Shown here: piece by piece, positions 48,487-58,341 of the stretch
Layout of the letters: every line of letters begins with the position of its first letter
How positions within the stretch are numbered: the stretch's first letter is position 1
Source: an uncultured Candidatus Saccharibacteria bacterium
GTDB lineage: Bacteria > Patescibacteriota > Minisyncoccia > Phycocordibacterales > JAKAEA01
Direction of reading: 5' to 3'
Assembly: GCA_964467325.1 (NCBI GenBank)
Contig: CAYXSG010000001.1
Span: 8,953-72,952 of the forward strand
Length of the DNA: 64,000 nucleotides
The notes under the pieces: model-generated
Database searches by the model: none
What the model was told of the DNA's origin: nothing
The model's input: the letters and a program-made list of their open reading frames with translations, nothing else
Program-made: the position numbers and the translations under genes

Positions 48487-48561
48487 GCCGCCTTAGCTCA
48501 GTTGGTAGAGCAATAGTTTTGTAAACTATAGGTCCCCGGTTCAAGCCCGGGAGGCGGCTCC
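48487..48561 (+). tRNA. tRNA-Thr (anticodon UGU)
   Basis: Acceptor GCCGCCT/AGGCGGC; D-arm TAGCTCAGTTGGTAGAGCA; anticodon loop TTTGTAA; T-arm CCCGGTTCAAGCCCGGG. Confidence 0.8.
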
Positions 48562-48577
48562 GAGACATTTTTAACCT

Positions 48578-49456
48578 ATGCTAAAGTTGAAAAATAAGAA
48601 TTGGTATTTGGTTTTGGCAGGCATGCTAGTTTTGGTCTTTATATTTTTCATTTTTGCTTTCAGTAAAAAGGAAAATGTAAATCAGACAGTCAATATTATT
48701 TTGTCGCCGCATTATGACGATGCGGTGCTTTCGCTTGGCGGCTTTATCACCAAGAATAAAGCTTCAGAGCCGATAATTGTCGCGACGTTTTTTACCGGCG
48801 CGCCGACAGTTGCAACGTCCACAGCTTGGGACATTGCTTCGGGCTTTAAGGATAGCACCGAAGCCGTGAAGGCTAGGATAGCAGAAAACGCCAGAGCACT
48901 TAATGGAAAAAATATTACGCTGGTTGATTATGGCTACTTAGACAATCAATATAGAAATCAAAGCGATGATTCTGATTTGCTAGCGCAAAATATTTCTAAG
49001 GATATTCAAGCGCTCATCGCGTCGCAAGCTGGGAATGTCAATGTGTACGGGCCGGCCGATTTTGGAAGTGGAATTACGCATCCCGACCACAAATTGCTTC
49101 ACGATGCGTACGTTGATAGCATTGCTTCTTTCCCAAAAACCAATGTCTCATTCTATTTCTACGAAGATTTTCCATACATAGAAAAGTTTAACGCTTCTTC
49201 AACGCATTCAATACAAAATTATCTTGAACAAGAAACCGGCTTTTTGCTCGAACCGACTCCAGTTTTGCTTTCAGACGGACAGCTGGCGGAAAAGGAATCG
49301 CGCATCGGAGCTTATGATTCCCAAATTAAAGCTTTAGACAAAAGTGAAGATGCTTCCGTTTTGGCGCGCGCTCACGATTTTTTCAAAAATCGTTGCGGCA
49401 ACCAAGAATCTATACAGGCGTGTGAGATGACCTACAAAGTTTTCATCGCGCCTTAG
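48578..49456 (+). CDS. PIG-L/LmbE family N-acetylglucosaminyl deacetylase, membrane-anchored
   Basis: SPHYDDAVLSLGG and HPDH motifs. Confidence 0.75.
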   Translation: MLKLKNKNWYLVLAGMLVLVFIFFIFAFSKKENVNQTVNIILSPHYDDAVLSLGGFITKNKASEPIIVATFFTGAPTVATSTAWDIASGFKDSTEAVKARIAENARALNGKNITLVDYGYLDNQYRNQSDDSDLLAQNISKDIQALIASQAGNVNVYGPADFGSGITHPDHKLLHDAYVDSIASFPKTNVSFYFYEDFPYIEKFNASSTHSIQNYLEQETGFLLEPTPVLLSDGQLAEKESRIGAYDSQIKALDKSEDASVLARAHDFFKNRCGNQESIQACEMTYKVFIAP

Positions 49457-50868
49457 TCTTTTCTGATTTTAAATATTGCCAGCTCGCAATTGCTATTTTT
49501 AGCTATGACGTCAAAAACGGCTTCTTCTTTGGCACGCAGCGCGCCCAACAAACTATCTTTGGCGTTTTGGCAAGAAGCTTCACTGGTGGCGCATGATGTT
49601 TGACAAGAATTGTTAACGAAATAATCGGTTTTATTTTCGTAGCGGCCATAAGCACTGAGTCCGTTTTCCCAATTCTCATAAATTTCGTCTAGCTTAACGT
49701 CCGAAAGGCCGACAATCATCGGGTAGTTTGTGACGACGTGAACGCCGGTCTTGTCGTCAAAGAAATGTTCGAATCTTGAAAAATCAGCAAATGAATCGGA
49801 TGTGCCGGAATATATTTTAACCAATGCGAATGACGATGCGGCAAAGTATGCAATTAGAATCACAAGAGCTGCCCTCGTCGGCGTGCCAGAAGGTTTTTTC
49901 TCCGCCGAGTACGCAATAGCATAACCAGCAAGTAGCACGGCGTAAGGAAGAAATGCAATGGCGTAGCGTACTTCTCGGTGATGGTTTTGCGAGAAATAGG
50001 CACCGACGATGACTAGGCAAAACGAAAGCAGGATTGTCGCTCTGTGAAATTTTAGGCGCTTCCAAAAAGGTGTAGCAATGAGAACCAAATAGCCAAAAAT
50101 AATGAACCAATTTTGTCTCAGAAGTTCTTTGGCGTAAAAGAAATAATCTCCGGTGTCTTGTTCGTTTGGAATACTGGCAACGCTTGAAGCAGTTTTGATT
50201 GGAAGAAGTGCGTCGCCGTAGAATATTTTTGAATAAATAAGAAACGGAACGATGAGTACGGACGTGCCAAGAATAAGCAAGCCGGCGCGTTTCATAAATT
50301 CCCGCCACGCTTTCGTTTCACAAGCTTCAACGAATAGGAAGCAGATGATGGGTGCAAAAGTTAAAGCATGTGGAAATCGGAACGTGAAAGCAATTGAAAC
50401 CATGAGGCCGGACCAAAACCAGCGCTTGTTGAGCGCGAACCAGACGGCCAAAAGCGACCAAAAAACCGAAGGAATGTCGGTAATCGGAATGGCGGCAAAG
50501 GAAAAGAAGACCGGCATGGCGGCGAGAATAAGAGCCGCAAAAGCGCCGGCGTATTTTTTCATGGACTCGCCAATCAAATATACGAGACAGAAAACGCCGG
50601 CGCTGAAAATGATTTCGAGAATTTTGCCGCAGAAGTTTGGATCTAAACCGAGTCGCCAAAATCCGCCTTGAATGAGCGGCCAAAGGTAAGGGCGCAACAC
50701 CTCAAACACACCAATGCGACCGTGCGTGTAAACAAACTTGCCAATACCGATGTATATGGACGCGTCCCACCATTCGAGTGCCGGCTGAAAAATGAGCCAA
50801 ACTCTCATGAGGAGTGCGGCGGCAAGTGTGAAAATAAAAATTCTTTTAGGACTTAGTGCTTGTGGCAT
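49453..50868 (-). CDS. GT-C family glycosyltransferase (ArnT/PMT/GT39-like)
   Basis: About 11 TM helices, 471 aa, N-terminal loop with conserved acidic/aromatic motif. Confidence 0.65.
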   Translation of the reverse strand: MPQALSPKRIFIFTLAAALLMRVWLIFQPALEWWDASIYIGIGKFVYTHGRIGVFEVLRPYLWPLIQGGFWRLGLDPNFCGKILEIIFSAGVFCLVYLIGESMKKYAGAFAALILAAMPVFFSFAAIPITDIPSVFWSLLAVWFALNKRWFWSGLMVSIAFTFRFPHALTFAPIICFLFVEACETKAWREFMKRAGLLILGTSVLIVPFLIYSKIFYGDALLPIKTASSVASIPNEQDTGDYFFYAKELLRQNWFIIFGYLVLIATPFWKRLKFHRATILLSFCLVIVGAYFSQNHHREVRYAIAFLPYAVLLAGYAIAYSAEKKPSGTPTRAALVILIAYFAASSFALVKIYSGTSDSFADFSRFEHFFDDKTGVHVVTNYPMIVGLSDVKLDEIYENWENGLSAYGRYENKTDYFVNNSCQTSCATSEASCQNAKDSLLGALRAKEEAVFDVIAKNSNCELAIFKIRKD

Positions 50869-51505
50869 TTTTTTGTTGAATTAATTTTTTTAATGCATCA
50901 AGGGATGTAAAACCTTCGTGCGTTGTTCCGTTCACTATAAGAAACGGCAGTTTTTCTGGCAGCGACTGGATGGAAGTGTAAGCTCTGAGTGCAGAAATAT
51001 CATTTTCATAGTCAAAAGAATAGATGTTGACCTGTGGCTGCGTTTGGCGGATAGCACCAAGCGCATATTCTTCTTGCGCACATTGGCTGCAGGTTGAGTT
51101 CTGTTCGTAAAAATAAATAATGGTTGGAATGGTGATGCCGCACTGCTTGGCGATTTTTTGATTGACTAGGTAATTTTTGATTTGCAAAAGGCCGAAGTAG
51201 CGCTTGAGGCGGAAAATGGTTTGGTCGTTGGCGCTCACTTGTTTTTCCATAAAGTCAATTCGCGCCGAGAGGTCGGACAGTTCGCCGGCCACAGAGTCGG
51301 TATTGATTTTTTCGCAGTCGGACTCTTTGAACAAATCGGTTTTTGTTTCAAGGGCGAAAATGTCGATGGCAATTTTATCCTCGTCATCTTTAATTCTTTC
51401 AGTTTTAGCACTGTTTATGGCGATACTAGCATAGAGTGCGGCGCAAACCACGCAAAGCGTGATTAGAAAAACGATGATGTAAATGTGAAGGGGAATGCGT
51501 TTCAT
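50846..51505 (-). CDS. membrane-anchored thioredoxin/glutaredoxin-like CxxC protein
   Basis: TM anchor; TCSQC CxxC; C-terminal LPFLIVNGTTHEG glutaredoxin-like. Confidence 0.4.
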   Translation of the reverse strand: MKRIPLHIYIIVFLITLCVVCAALYASIAINSAKTERIKDDEDKIAIDIFALETKTDLFKESDCEKINTDSVAGELSDLSARIDFMEKQVSANDQTIFRLKRYFGLLQIKNYLVNQKIAKQCGITIPTIIYFYEQNSTCSQCAQEEYALGAIRQTQPQVNIYSFDYENDISALRAYTSIQSLPEKLPFLIVNGTTHEGFTSLDALKKLIQQKNATSTKS

Positions 51506-51514
51506 TTTATTTTA

Positions 51515-52798
51515 TTATCGCCAACTTTCGGTTCGGGAAAAGATTGTGTTCCAGATTGATTTTAAAACCCAGAGCGGTGAGATAAGCGGATAGAGGATGA
51601 GGTAGGCGAAAATGTGTCTGCCTGGTTTCATCGAACCTTCCACGAGTTTTTGTGCGTTCAGGAGAAGGAAAATGCTCAGGCATAAAACGACGGCGCTTAA
51701 GATGATACTGAGTTTCGCGCTCACGTAAAACCAGCTGAACGTGAAATGAGGAAGCAAGAAGCCGACAGTTTTCCACTGAATGATTTTTCGAAAAAGGAAT
51801 CTCACTGTTCGCCAAGCAATAAAGAAAAGAGTAAAGACCACTGCGATAATAAAAAGCAGAGCGGTGGGCAAGGTGAGAAGCGAAACGTTACCGTAGCGAG
51901 GATTTAAAAACATGCTTTTATAATCGCGGGCGTTTTCGAGGAAGCCGTGCGTCCAGCGTACGCGTTGTTTGTAGAGTTTGGCGAGTGTATTCGGTCCGAC
52001 GGTGTAAACCCAAGCGTGGTGAACGTTGCCGATTTTCATGTGGTTTTTCTGCATGCGAAAAGCCATTTCCATATCTTCAAGGTTGTGCGCTTTTTTAAAC
52101 GTGCCGATACGCTCGAAAACTTCGCGGCGGAAAATTGTAAACGGTCCGGGTGTGACGTGGATGGCACCGAGGAACGATTGCACTTTTTTCGCGAGAATCG
52201 CCAAGTAATATTCGGTGCGTTGGACCAGCTGGACAACCGAGCTCGGATTAAAAATCCGAATGGCCGGCGTAACCGCCATGGTTTCCGGTTCTTCTTCAAA
52301 TCGCTTCATGATTTTTTTGAGTGTCATTGAGTCAACAAATGAATCAGCGTCGAGACAGCCAATGAATTCCGATTGGCTCGCTTCAATGGCGGCGTTGAGC
52401 GCGGTAAACTTACCACCGTTCGGTTTATTGATTGCTTGGATGGATGGATATTTTGCTGCGTAAGATTGGATGATGTTCCAAGTGGCGTCGCTGCTGCCGT
52501 CGTTGACAGCGATCACGCTCAATTTGTCTTTCGGATAATCCAAATTGATGAGCGAATCAAGAGTTTTTCCGACTGTTTTTTCTTCGTTGTAGCAGGGAAC
52601 GATAATGGTCACGGTCGGATAATTTTTCAAATTGGCGCACGTTTCCAGCTTTTCTTTCTTGATTTCTCGCTGGCGGGAATAGAGCATCGTCAATATAAAA
52701 ATCTCCACGTACATCGTGACAAATAGAAAAAAGTACGTGACAATGTCTTGAAATATGGCCATAATTAAGGTCGGAATGTGGCTTTGAGTATAGCTCAA
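51515..52798 (-). CDS. processive family-2 glycosyltransferase (cellulose/chitin/PNAG-synthase-like)
   Basis: VPCYNEE, DAD (GCLDADSF), QRVRW motifs; C-terminal TM helices. Confidence 0.8.
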   Translation of the reverse strand: MSYTQSHIPTLIMAIFQDIVTYFFLFVTMYVEIFILTMLYSRQREIKKEKLETCANLKNYPTVTIIVPCYNEEKTVGKTLDSLINLDYPKDKLSVIAVNDGSSDATWNIIQSYAAKYPSIQAINKPNGGKFTALNAAIEASQSEFIGCLDADSFVDSMTLKKIMKRFEEEPETMAVTPAIRIFNPSSVVQLVQRTEYYLAILAKKVQSFLGAIHVTPGPFTIFRREVFERIGTFKKAHNLEDMEMAFRMQKNHMKIGNVHHAWVYTVGPNTLAKLYKQRVRWTHGFLENARDYKSMFLNPRYGNVSLLTLPTALLFIIAVVFTLFFIAWRTVRFLFRKIIQWKTVGFLLPHFTFSWFYVSAKLSIILSAVVLCLSIFLLLNAQKLVEGSMKPGRHIFAYLILYPLISPLWVLKSIWNTIFSRTESWR

Positions 52799-52865
52799 AT
52801 TGGGCGATTATTCAAGATTTCGCTCTGCCTTTATATTATTTCCATTTTGTTTATAATGAACCTAC

Positions 52866-53558
52866 ATGACTCCAGAAAATGGCCACTTACATCCAATCAC
52901 GCGCGCTATCCGAGAAATCCGGACGATTTTTGCCGAACTCGGTTTTGACATTGCCCTCGGACCGGAACTGGAAACCGAATTTTACAATTTTGACGCGCTC
53001 AATATTCCAGCCGACCATCCGGCGCGCGACATGCAGGACACTTTTTGGATTAAGAGCAGAGAACGAAAAGTTTTACGCACGCAAACTTCGCCGGTGCAGA
53101 TTCGTTATATGCAGTCTCATAAGCCGCCATTTCGGATTATTGTGCCAGGGAAAGTTTTCCGGAATGAAGCAACTGACTCAACACACGAAGCGCAGTTTCA
53201 CCAGATTGAAGGACTTTTGATTGACAAGGAAGTTTCGCTTGCTGAGCTCAAAGGCACTCTCCAATTTTTCTTCAAGAAATTTTTCGGGTCGGATGTGGAA
53301 ATTCGTTTTCGGCCAAGCTTTTTTCCTTTCACCGAGCCATCGGTGGAGGTGGATGTTTTTTTCCGAGGCAAGTGGCTGGAAGTGATGGGCGCAGGCTTGG
53401 TCAACCCTGTGGTTCTAAAATCTGCCGGCCTTGATCCAAAAAAGTGGCGCGGTTTTGCATTCGGCGCTGGTATTGATCGGCTGGTGATGGTCAAACACGG
53501 CATCAGCGACATCAGACATCTTTATTCTGGCGATTTGCGCTTGGTCAATCAATTCTAA
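52866..53558 (+). CDS. pheS: phenylalanine--tRNA ligase alpha subunit (short form)
   Basis: HPARDMQDTFWI, class II aaRS motifs 2/3; 230 aa. Confidence 0.85.
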   Translation: MTPENGHLHPITRAIREIRTIFAELGFDIALGPELETEFYNFDALNIPADHPARDMQDTFWIKSRERKVLRTQTSPVQIRYMQSHKPPFRIIVPGKVFRNEATDSTHEAQFHQIEGLLIDKEVSLAELKGTLQFFFKKFFGSDVEIRFRPSFFPFTEPSVEVDVFFRGKWLEVMGAGLVNPVVLKSAGLDPKKWRGFAFGAGIDRLVMVKHGISDIRHLYSGDLRLVNQF

Positions 53559-53570
53559 ATTTAAATTAAA

Positions 53571-55535
53571 ATGAAAGTTTCTTACAATCTTCTTCAAAGA
53601 TATTTCACGAAAAAATTGCCGCCGCCGGCGAAGGTCGCCGACCTGCTCACTTTTCACGCTTTTGAAATTGAAAGCATGGAAGAAAAAAATGGCGATACGA
53701 TTCTTGACGTAAAAGTGTTGCCGGACCGCGCGCATTACGCACTGTCTCACCGCGGCGTGGCGCGCGAGCTGTCTTTCATTTTAGACGAACATATGGACGG
53801 TCGGAATATTGCTTTGCCGGTCGTGCTCGATAAGCCGTCAAAAATTCTTGAACTCCAAATTGGCGACTCTCGATGCTTGCGCGACAGCGCGATTGTCATT
53901 GAAAATATTAAAAACGGCGCGTCGCCGAAGTGGCTCTCTTCGGTGCTCCAAAATCTCGGCGAGCGTTCCATCAGTCTCATTGTGGACGCAACCAACTACG
54001 TCATGCTCGACATGGGCCAGCCCTTGCACGCTTTTGATTTGGATAAGCTCGCGAAGCAAAATGGCCAAGTGAAAATTGCACTTAAAAAAGCCAAGCAAGG
54101 CCAAACCATTGCGCTTTTGGGCGGTAAAACTGCCACGCTCGACGATGATACTTTGGTTTTTGTCGATGCGAATAATAAAGACGCATTGCTTGATATTGCT
54201 GGTGTGAAAGGCGGGAAACTGGCCGAGATAGACTTGAATACGAAAAATATTGTGATGTTTGCCGCCAATTTTGATCCGTCTTACATTCGCAAAACTGCCA
54301 CGAGGCTTGGCGTTAAGAGTGACGCGTCCAAACGTTCGGAAAATGGCGTGCCGGTTGAACTCACTGTCGATGGCTTGATGCGCGCCACGGACATCATTCT
54401 AAACGAAAGTGCTGAAGCAAAAATTGAAGGCGTTGTAGATTTTTATCCGAAGAAAGCGCATGAAGTGAAAGTCTCTTGTTCGGTTTCAGAAATTAATGCT
54501 TTGCTCGGCGCCAATCTTACCGAAGAAGAATTTGAAAAAATGATTTTGCGGCTCCACATGACTTTTGAGAAAAAAGGCCAAGAGCTCCAAATTGCCGTGC
54601 CGTATTACCGGAAAGATATAAAAACCGTTGAAGATGTGGCGGAAGAGGTGGGACGAATTTATGGCTACGACAAAATCGCGCCGGTTTTGCCGAAAAAATC
54701 GGCGCACGTCATGCCAATAAACGTCGTCGCGTACTGGTCCGAAAAAATTAAAGATTGGCTCGCCGATGAGGGCTACAGCGAAGTTTTTACTTACAGTTTG
54801 GCTGATCAGGGTGAAGTGGAAATCCAAAATCCGCTGGCGGCCGACAAAAATTTTCTGCGGACGAATTTGCGCGAGGGGATTGAGAAAAGTCTCAAAGATA
54901 ATGCGCGCAATGCGCCACTCCTTGGTCTTTCGGAAATCAAAATTTTTGAAATCGGCAATGTGTTTGAAAAAGATATGTATGAGCATTTGAGCTTGAGCTT
55001 CGGCTACTGCGCTTTACCTTCCGCCAAAATGAAAGCTGGAAAAATTAAAGAGGCCAATTGGCAAGCGCTGGAAAATCTGGTGAAAAAGATTCAAACAAAA
55101 ATCGGCGTCGAAATGCAAGGTTTGATGGAAAGCACGGACTCCGGCGCGATTGTGGAGTTTAATTTAACAGCTTTGATAGACAAACTTCCCAAACCGAAAA
55201 TTTGGGACGTGCGCTCCGAATTTTCTCCTATTGCATACAAACCGTTTTCGCAATATCCTTTTGCGCTTCGCGACATTGCCGTGTTCGTGCCTGCCGATGT
55301 TTCCGAGAAAAAAGTTTTGGAAATTATTCTCAAAGAAGCTGGCGCGCTTCTCGTTCGCCACGATCTTTTTGATGTCTTTGAAAAAACTTTTCCCGACGGC
55401 GCCAAGAAAACTTCCTACGCTTTCCGCCTAGTTTTCCAATCCTTTGAGCGCACGCTAACCGACGAAGAAATCAACGCTGTAATGAAAAAAATCACCGACA
55501 CTTTAAACAGTCAGCCAAACTGGCAGGTAAGATAG
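53571..55535 (+). CDS. pheT: phenylalanine--tRNA ligase beta subunit
   Basis: B3/B4, B5 and FDX-ACB-like C-terminal regions; adjacent to pheS. Confidence 0.85.
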   Translation: MKVSYNLLQRYFTKKLPPPAKVADLLTFHAFEIESMEEKNGDTILDVKVLPDRAHYALSHRGVARELSFILDEHMDGRNIALPVVLDKPSKILELQIGDSRCLRDSAIVIENIKNGASPKWLSSVLQNLGERSISLIVDATNYVMLDMGQPLHAFDLDKLAKQNGQVKIALKKAKQGQTIALLGGKTATLDDDTLVFVDANNKDALLDIAGVKGGKLAEIDLNTKNIVMFAANFDPSYIRKTATRLGVKSDASKRSENGVPVELTVDGLMRATDIILNESAEAKIEGVVDFYPKKAHEVKVSCSVSEINALLGANLTEEEFEKMILRLHMTFEKKGQELQIAVPYYRKDIKTVEDVAEEVGRIYGYDKIAPVLPKKSAHVMPINVVAYWSEKIKDWLADEGYSEVFTYSLADQGEVEIQNPLAADKNFLRTNLREGIEKSLKDNARNAPLLGLSEIKIFEIGNVFEKDMYEHLSLSFGYCALPSAKMKAGKIKEANWQALENLVKKIQTKIGVEMQGLMESTDSGAIVEFNLTALIDKLPKPKIWDVRSEFSPIAYKPFSQYPFALRDIAVFVPADVSEKKVLEIILKEAGALLVRHDLFDVFEKTFPDGAKKTSYAFRLVFQSFERTLTDEEINAVMKKITDTLNSQPNWQVR

Positions 55536-55600
55536 CTGGTTCAAATAAGGCAAATTTCACTTGGAAATAGAGCAGTTTTCTGATATAATAAGACCCACAT

Positions 55601-57679
55601 ATGGCAAAAACTGAAGAAAAAAAAGTGAAGAAAAATGGCTACAGTGCTGAGGATATTCAGGTTCTGGAAGGTTTGGAGCCGGTGCGCAAGCGCCCAGGCA
55701 TGTACATCGGCACCACGGGTCCCGACGGCTTGCATCATTTAATCACCGAAATTTTTGACAACTCCCGCGACGAAGCGATGGGTGGCTACGCGAACGACAT
55801 TGAAATTGCTCTTTTGCCAGGAAATATGGTGCGCGTTGTCGACAACGGCCGAGGCATTCCGGTGGATATTCATAAGCAGACGAAAGTTTCCGCGCTGGAA
55901 ACCATCATGACCACCCTTCATGCCGGTGGCAAGTTTGGCGGCGACGGCTACGCGGTGTCCGGCGGTTTGCACGGCGTCGGCGCTTCGGTCGTGAATGCGC
56001 TTTCCGAATTTACAAGTGTTCGAGTGCACCGAGACGGCGGCGAATATTTTCAAGAGTACGCGCGTGGCAAGCGCAAAGCTTTGGTTAAGAAACTCGGCGC
56101 GTCCAAACTTCACGGCACGATCACTTCTTTCATTCCCGACTTGGAAATTTTCAAAGAAATTAGTTTTGATTTCAACCGAGTTGTTACGCATATGCGCCAG
56201 CAAGCCTACCTCGTGAAAGGTTTGCGCATCAGCGTGATTGACGCGCGCGCTTATGCTGGGAAAATTGACGAGGCGTCAGTGTTCTATCTTCGCGAGCTTG
56301 GTCTCGAAGTGCCATCCATGTCTTTTTATTTCGAAGGCGGACTGCTTTCCTTCGTGGCTTTTTACAATCGCGTTTTGAAGCCGATTCACAAAAATATTTT
56401 TTACATTGAAAAGAAAACCAATGAGTACGAATCGGTGGAAGTGGCGCTTCAGTACGTGGACGACATTTCCGCGCGCATCCTGCCTTTCGCCAACAACATT
56501 TTCAACTCCGAAGGTGGCACGCACATCACCGGTTTCAAAACCGCGCTCACTCGCACGCTCAACGCTTACGGCCGCAAGAACGGTTTGATTAAAGAATCGG
56601 AGGACAATTTTACCGGCGAAGACGTTTTGGAAGGTTTGACTGCCGTGATTTCTGTGAAAATTCGCGAAATTCAATTTGAAGGTCAGACAAAAGCCAAACT
56701 CGGCACGGTGGAAGCGCGCGGCATGGTGGAAACGGTTTTCGGTGAAGCCTTTGACGCATTTCTGGAAGAAAATCCCGACGATGCAAAATCTATCATCAAT
56801 AAAGTGGTGCTCGCGCTCAAAGCGCGCAAAGCTGCAAAAGCTGCGAAAGATTCTGTGCTCCGAAAAGGTGCGCTAGAAGGCATGACTTTGCCGGGCAAAC
56901 TCGCCGACTGCGCGAGCGGCACCTCGGCAGAAGAATCTGAGCTGTTCATTGTGGAAGGAGATTCCGCCGGCGGCACGGCAAAAATGGGTCGCGACCGCCG
57001 CACCCAAGCCATCCTGCCTTTGCGCGGTAAAATTCTCAACGTGGAACGCGCGCGCTTGGACAAAATGCTCGGCTCGGAACAAATTAAAAATCTCGTGGTG
57101 GCGCTCGGCACGGCCATTGGCGACACTTTTGACATCAGCAAGCTTCGCTACCATAAAGTGATTATCGCCACCGATGCCGACGTGGACGGTGCGCACATTC
57201 GTACACTCATTCTCACGCTGCTTTACCGATTTTTCCGGCCGCTCATCGACGGCGGTTACATCTACATCGCTCAGCCACCGCTGTTCAAAATTAAGAAAGG
57301 CAAAGAAATTTTCTACGCCTACGACGAAAAAGAAAAAATCAAATTCGCCGGCGATGACGCGCCCACCTTGGAAGAAATCAGCGAAGACCAGGAGCCGAAT
57401 GAAGGCGACGAAAAAGCGGAAGACGAAGATGAAGCATCAGAAAAAGCTGTTAAGAGAGTTCCGAAAATTTCTGTTCAGCGCTACAAAGGTTTGGGCGAAA
57501 TGAACTCCGAAGAGCTTTGGGAAACCACGATGGATCCGAAGCATCGCGTCCTCAAGCGCGTCACTGTTTCCGATGCGCAAGACGCCGACAAAGTCTTTGA
57601 TATCCTAATGGGTACCGACGTTCCCGCCCGAAAATCCTTCATTCAATCCAACGCCAATAAGGCTAATATTGATATTTAA
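55601..57679 (+). CDS. gyrB: DNA gyrase subunit B
   Basis: GHKL ATPase (LHHLITEIFDNSRDEAMGG), TOPRIM (EGDSAGG), C-terminal QRYKGLGEM. Confidence 0.95.
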   Translation: MAKTEEKKVKKNGYSAEDIQVLEGLEPVRKRPGMYIGTTGPDGLHHLITEIFDNSRDEAMGGYANDIEIALLPGNMVRVVDNGRGIPVDIHKQTKVSALETIMTTLHAGGKFGGDGYAVSGGLHGVGASVVNALSEFTSVRVHRDGGEYFQEYARGKRKALVKKLGASKLHGTITSFIPDLEIFKEISFDFNRVVTHMRQQAYLVKGLRISVIDARAYAGKIDEASVFYLRELGLEVPSMSFYFEGGLLSFVAFYNRVLKPIHKNIFYIEKKTNEYESVEVALQYVDDISARILPFANNIFNSEGGTHITGFKTALTRTLNAYGRKNGLIKESEDNFTGEDVLEGLTAVISVKIREIQFEGQTKAKLGTVEARGMVETVFGEAFDAFLEENPDDAKSIINKVVLALKARKAAKAAKDSVLRKGALEGMTLPGKLADCASGTSAEESELFIVEGDSAGGTAKMGRDRRTQAILPLRGKILNVERARLDKMLGSEQIKNLVVALGTAIGDTFDISKLRYHKVIIATDADVDGAHIRTLILTLLYRFFRPLIDGGYIYIAQPPLFKIKKGKEIFYAYDEKEKIKFAGDDAPTLEEISEDQEPNEGDEKAEDEDEASEKAVKRVPKISVQRYKGLGEMNSEELWETTMDPKHRVLKRVTVSDAQDADKVFDILMGTDVPARKSFIQSNANKANIDI

Positions 57680-57684
57680 TTCGT

Positions 57685-58032
57685 ATGGAAAGAGAATATA
57701 AAGGCACAATAGTAGAGGAAAGTTTAGAAGACAATAGAATACTTAATGGTGTTGAAATTGTTGGATTCAGAATATCAAAAAACGAAAACCCGCAAGATAG
57801 ATGGCATCTTTACACTGTAAAAGTATCAAAAGAAGATATTAAGAAAATATCCAAATATATAAAATTGGGTAAGTGGTATATGCACTTTTGGAAAGATAAA
57901 GATGTTTTCGCCGTTTTTAAGAATAAAGTTTTTGGGTTCAAATATGATAACAAATCTACTTGGAAGGATGCGGTTGAATATGGATTATCACTTGGTATCC
58001 CTAAAGAGCAACTTGATTTTGTAATTGAGTAG
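57685..58032 (+). CDS. AT-rich hypothetical protein immediately 3' of gyrB
   Basis: 5-nt gap after gyrB; about 30% GC; no recognisable domain. Confidence 0.4.
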   Translation: MEREYKGTIVEESLEDNRILNGVEIVGFRISKNENPQDRWHLYTVKVSKEDIKKISKYIKLGKWYMHFWKDKDVFAVFKNKVFGFKYDNKSTWKDAVEYGLSLGIPKEQLDFVIE

Positions 58033-58076
58033 GTATAAGATATAACCACGTTCGCCACGACGGTGGCACCGGAGAT

Positions 58077-58260
58077 CCCCCCCAGTTTTCTGGGGGGAAT
58101 CGTTTTATAAAAAATCCGAAATCACCCCCAACTCAGAACCCCTGCGGCTCGCAGACTCGCCACTCCCCTTTATCTAAAGGGGAGATACCGACTTGCTAAC
58201 AAACTCTTATGCAAGTTCTTCTCTCCTCTTTAGACAAAGAGGAGTGGCCTTCTTAGGCCG
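58077..58260. other. hairpin-dense noncoding region (candidate structured ncRNA / operator array)
   Basis: Perfect hairpins CCCCCCAG-tttt-CTGGGGGG (58077-58097), CTCCCCTTTA-tc-TAAAGGGGAG (58163-58184), CTCCTCTTTA-gac-AAAGAGGAG (58223-58244), GGCCT-tctt-AGGCC (58246-58259). Confidence 0.3.
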
Positions 58261-58341
58261 AGGTGTTCTGAATTCTAGATAAAATCTTTCTAAAGCCTTG
58301 TAAACAGTCTGGCTGGTTTGGGCGTGGTAGACTGGGTGAAT

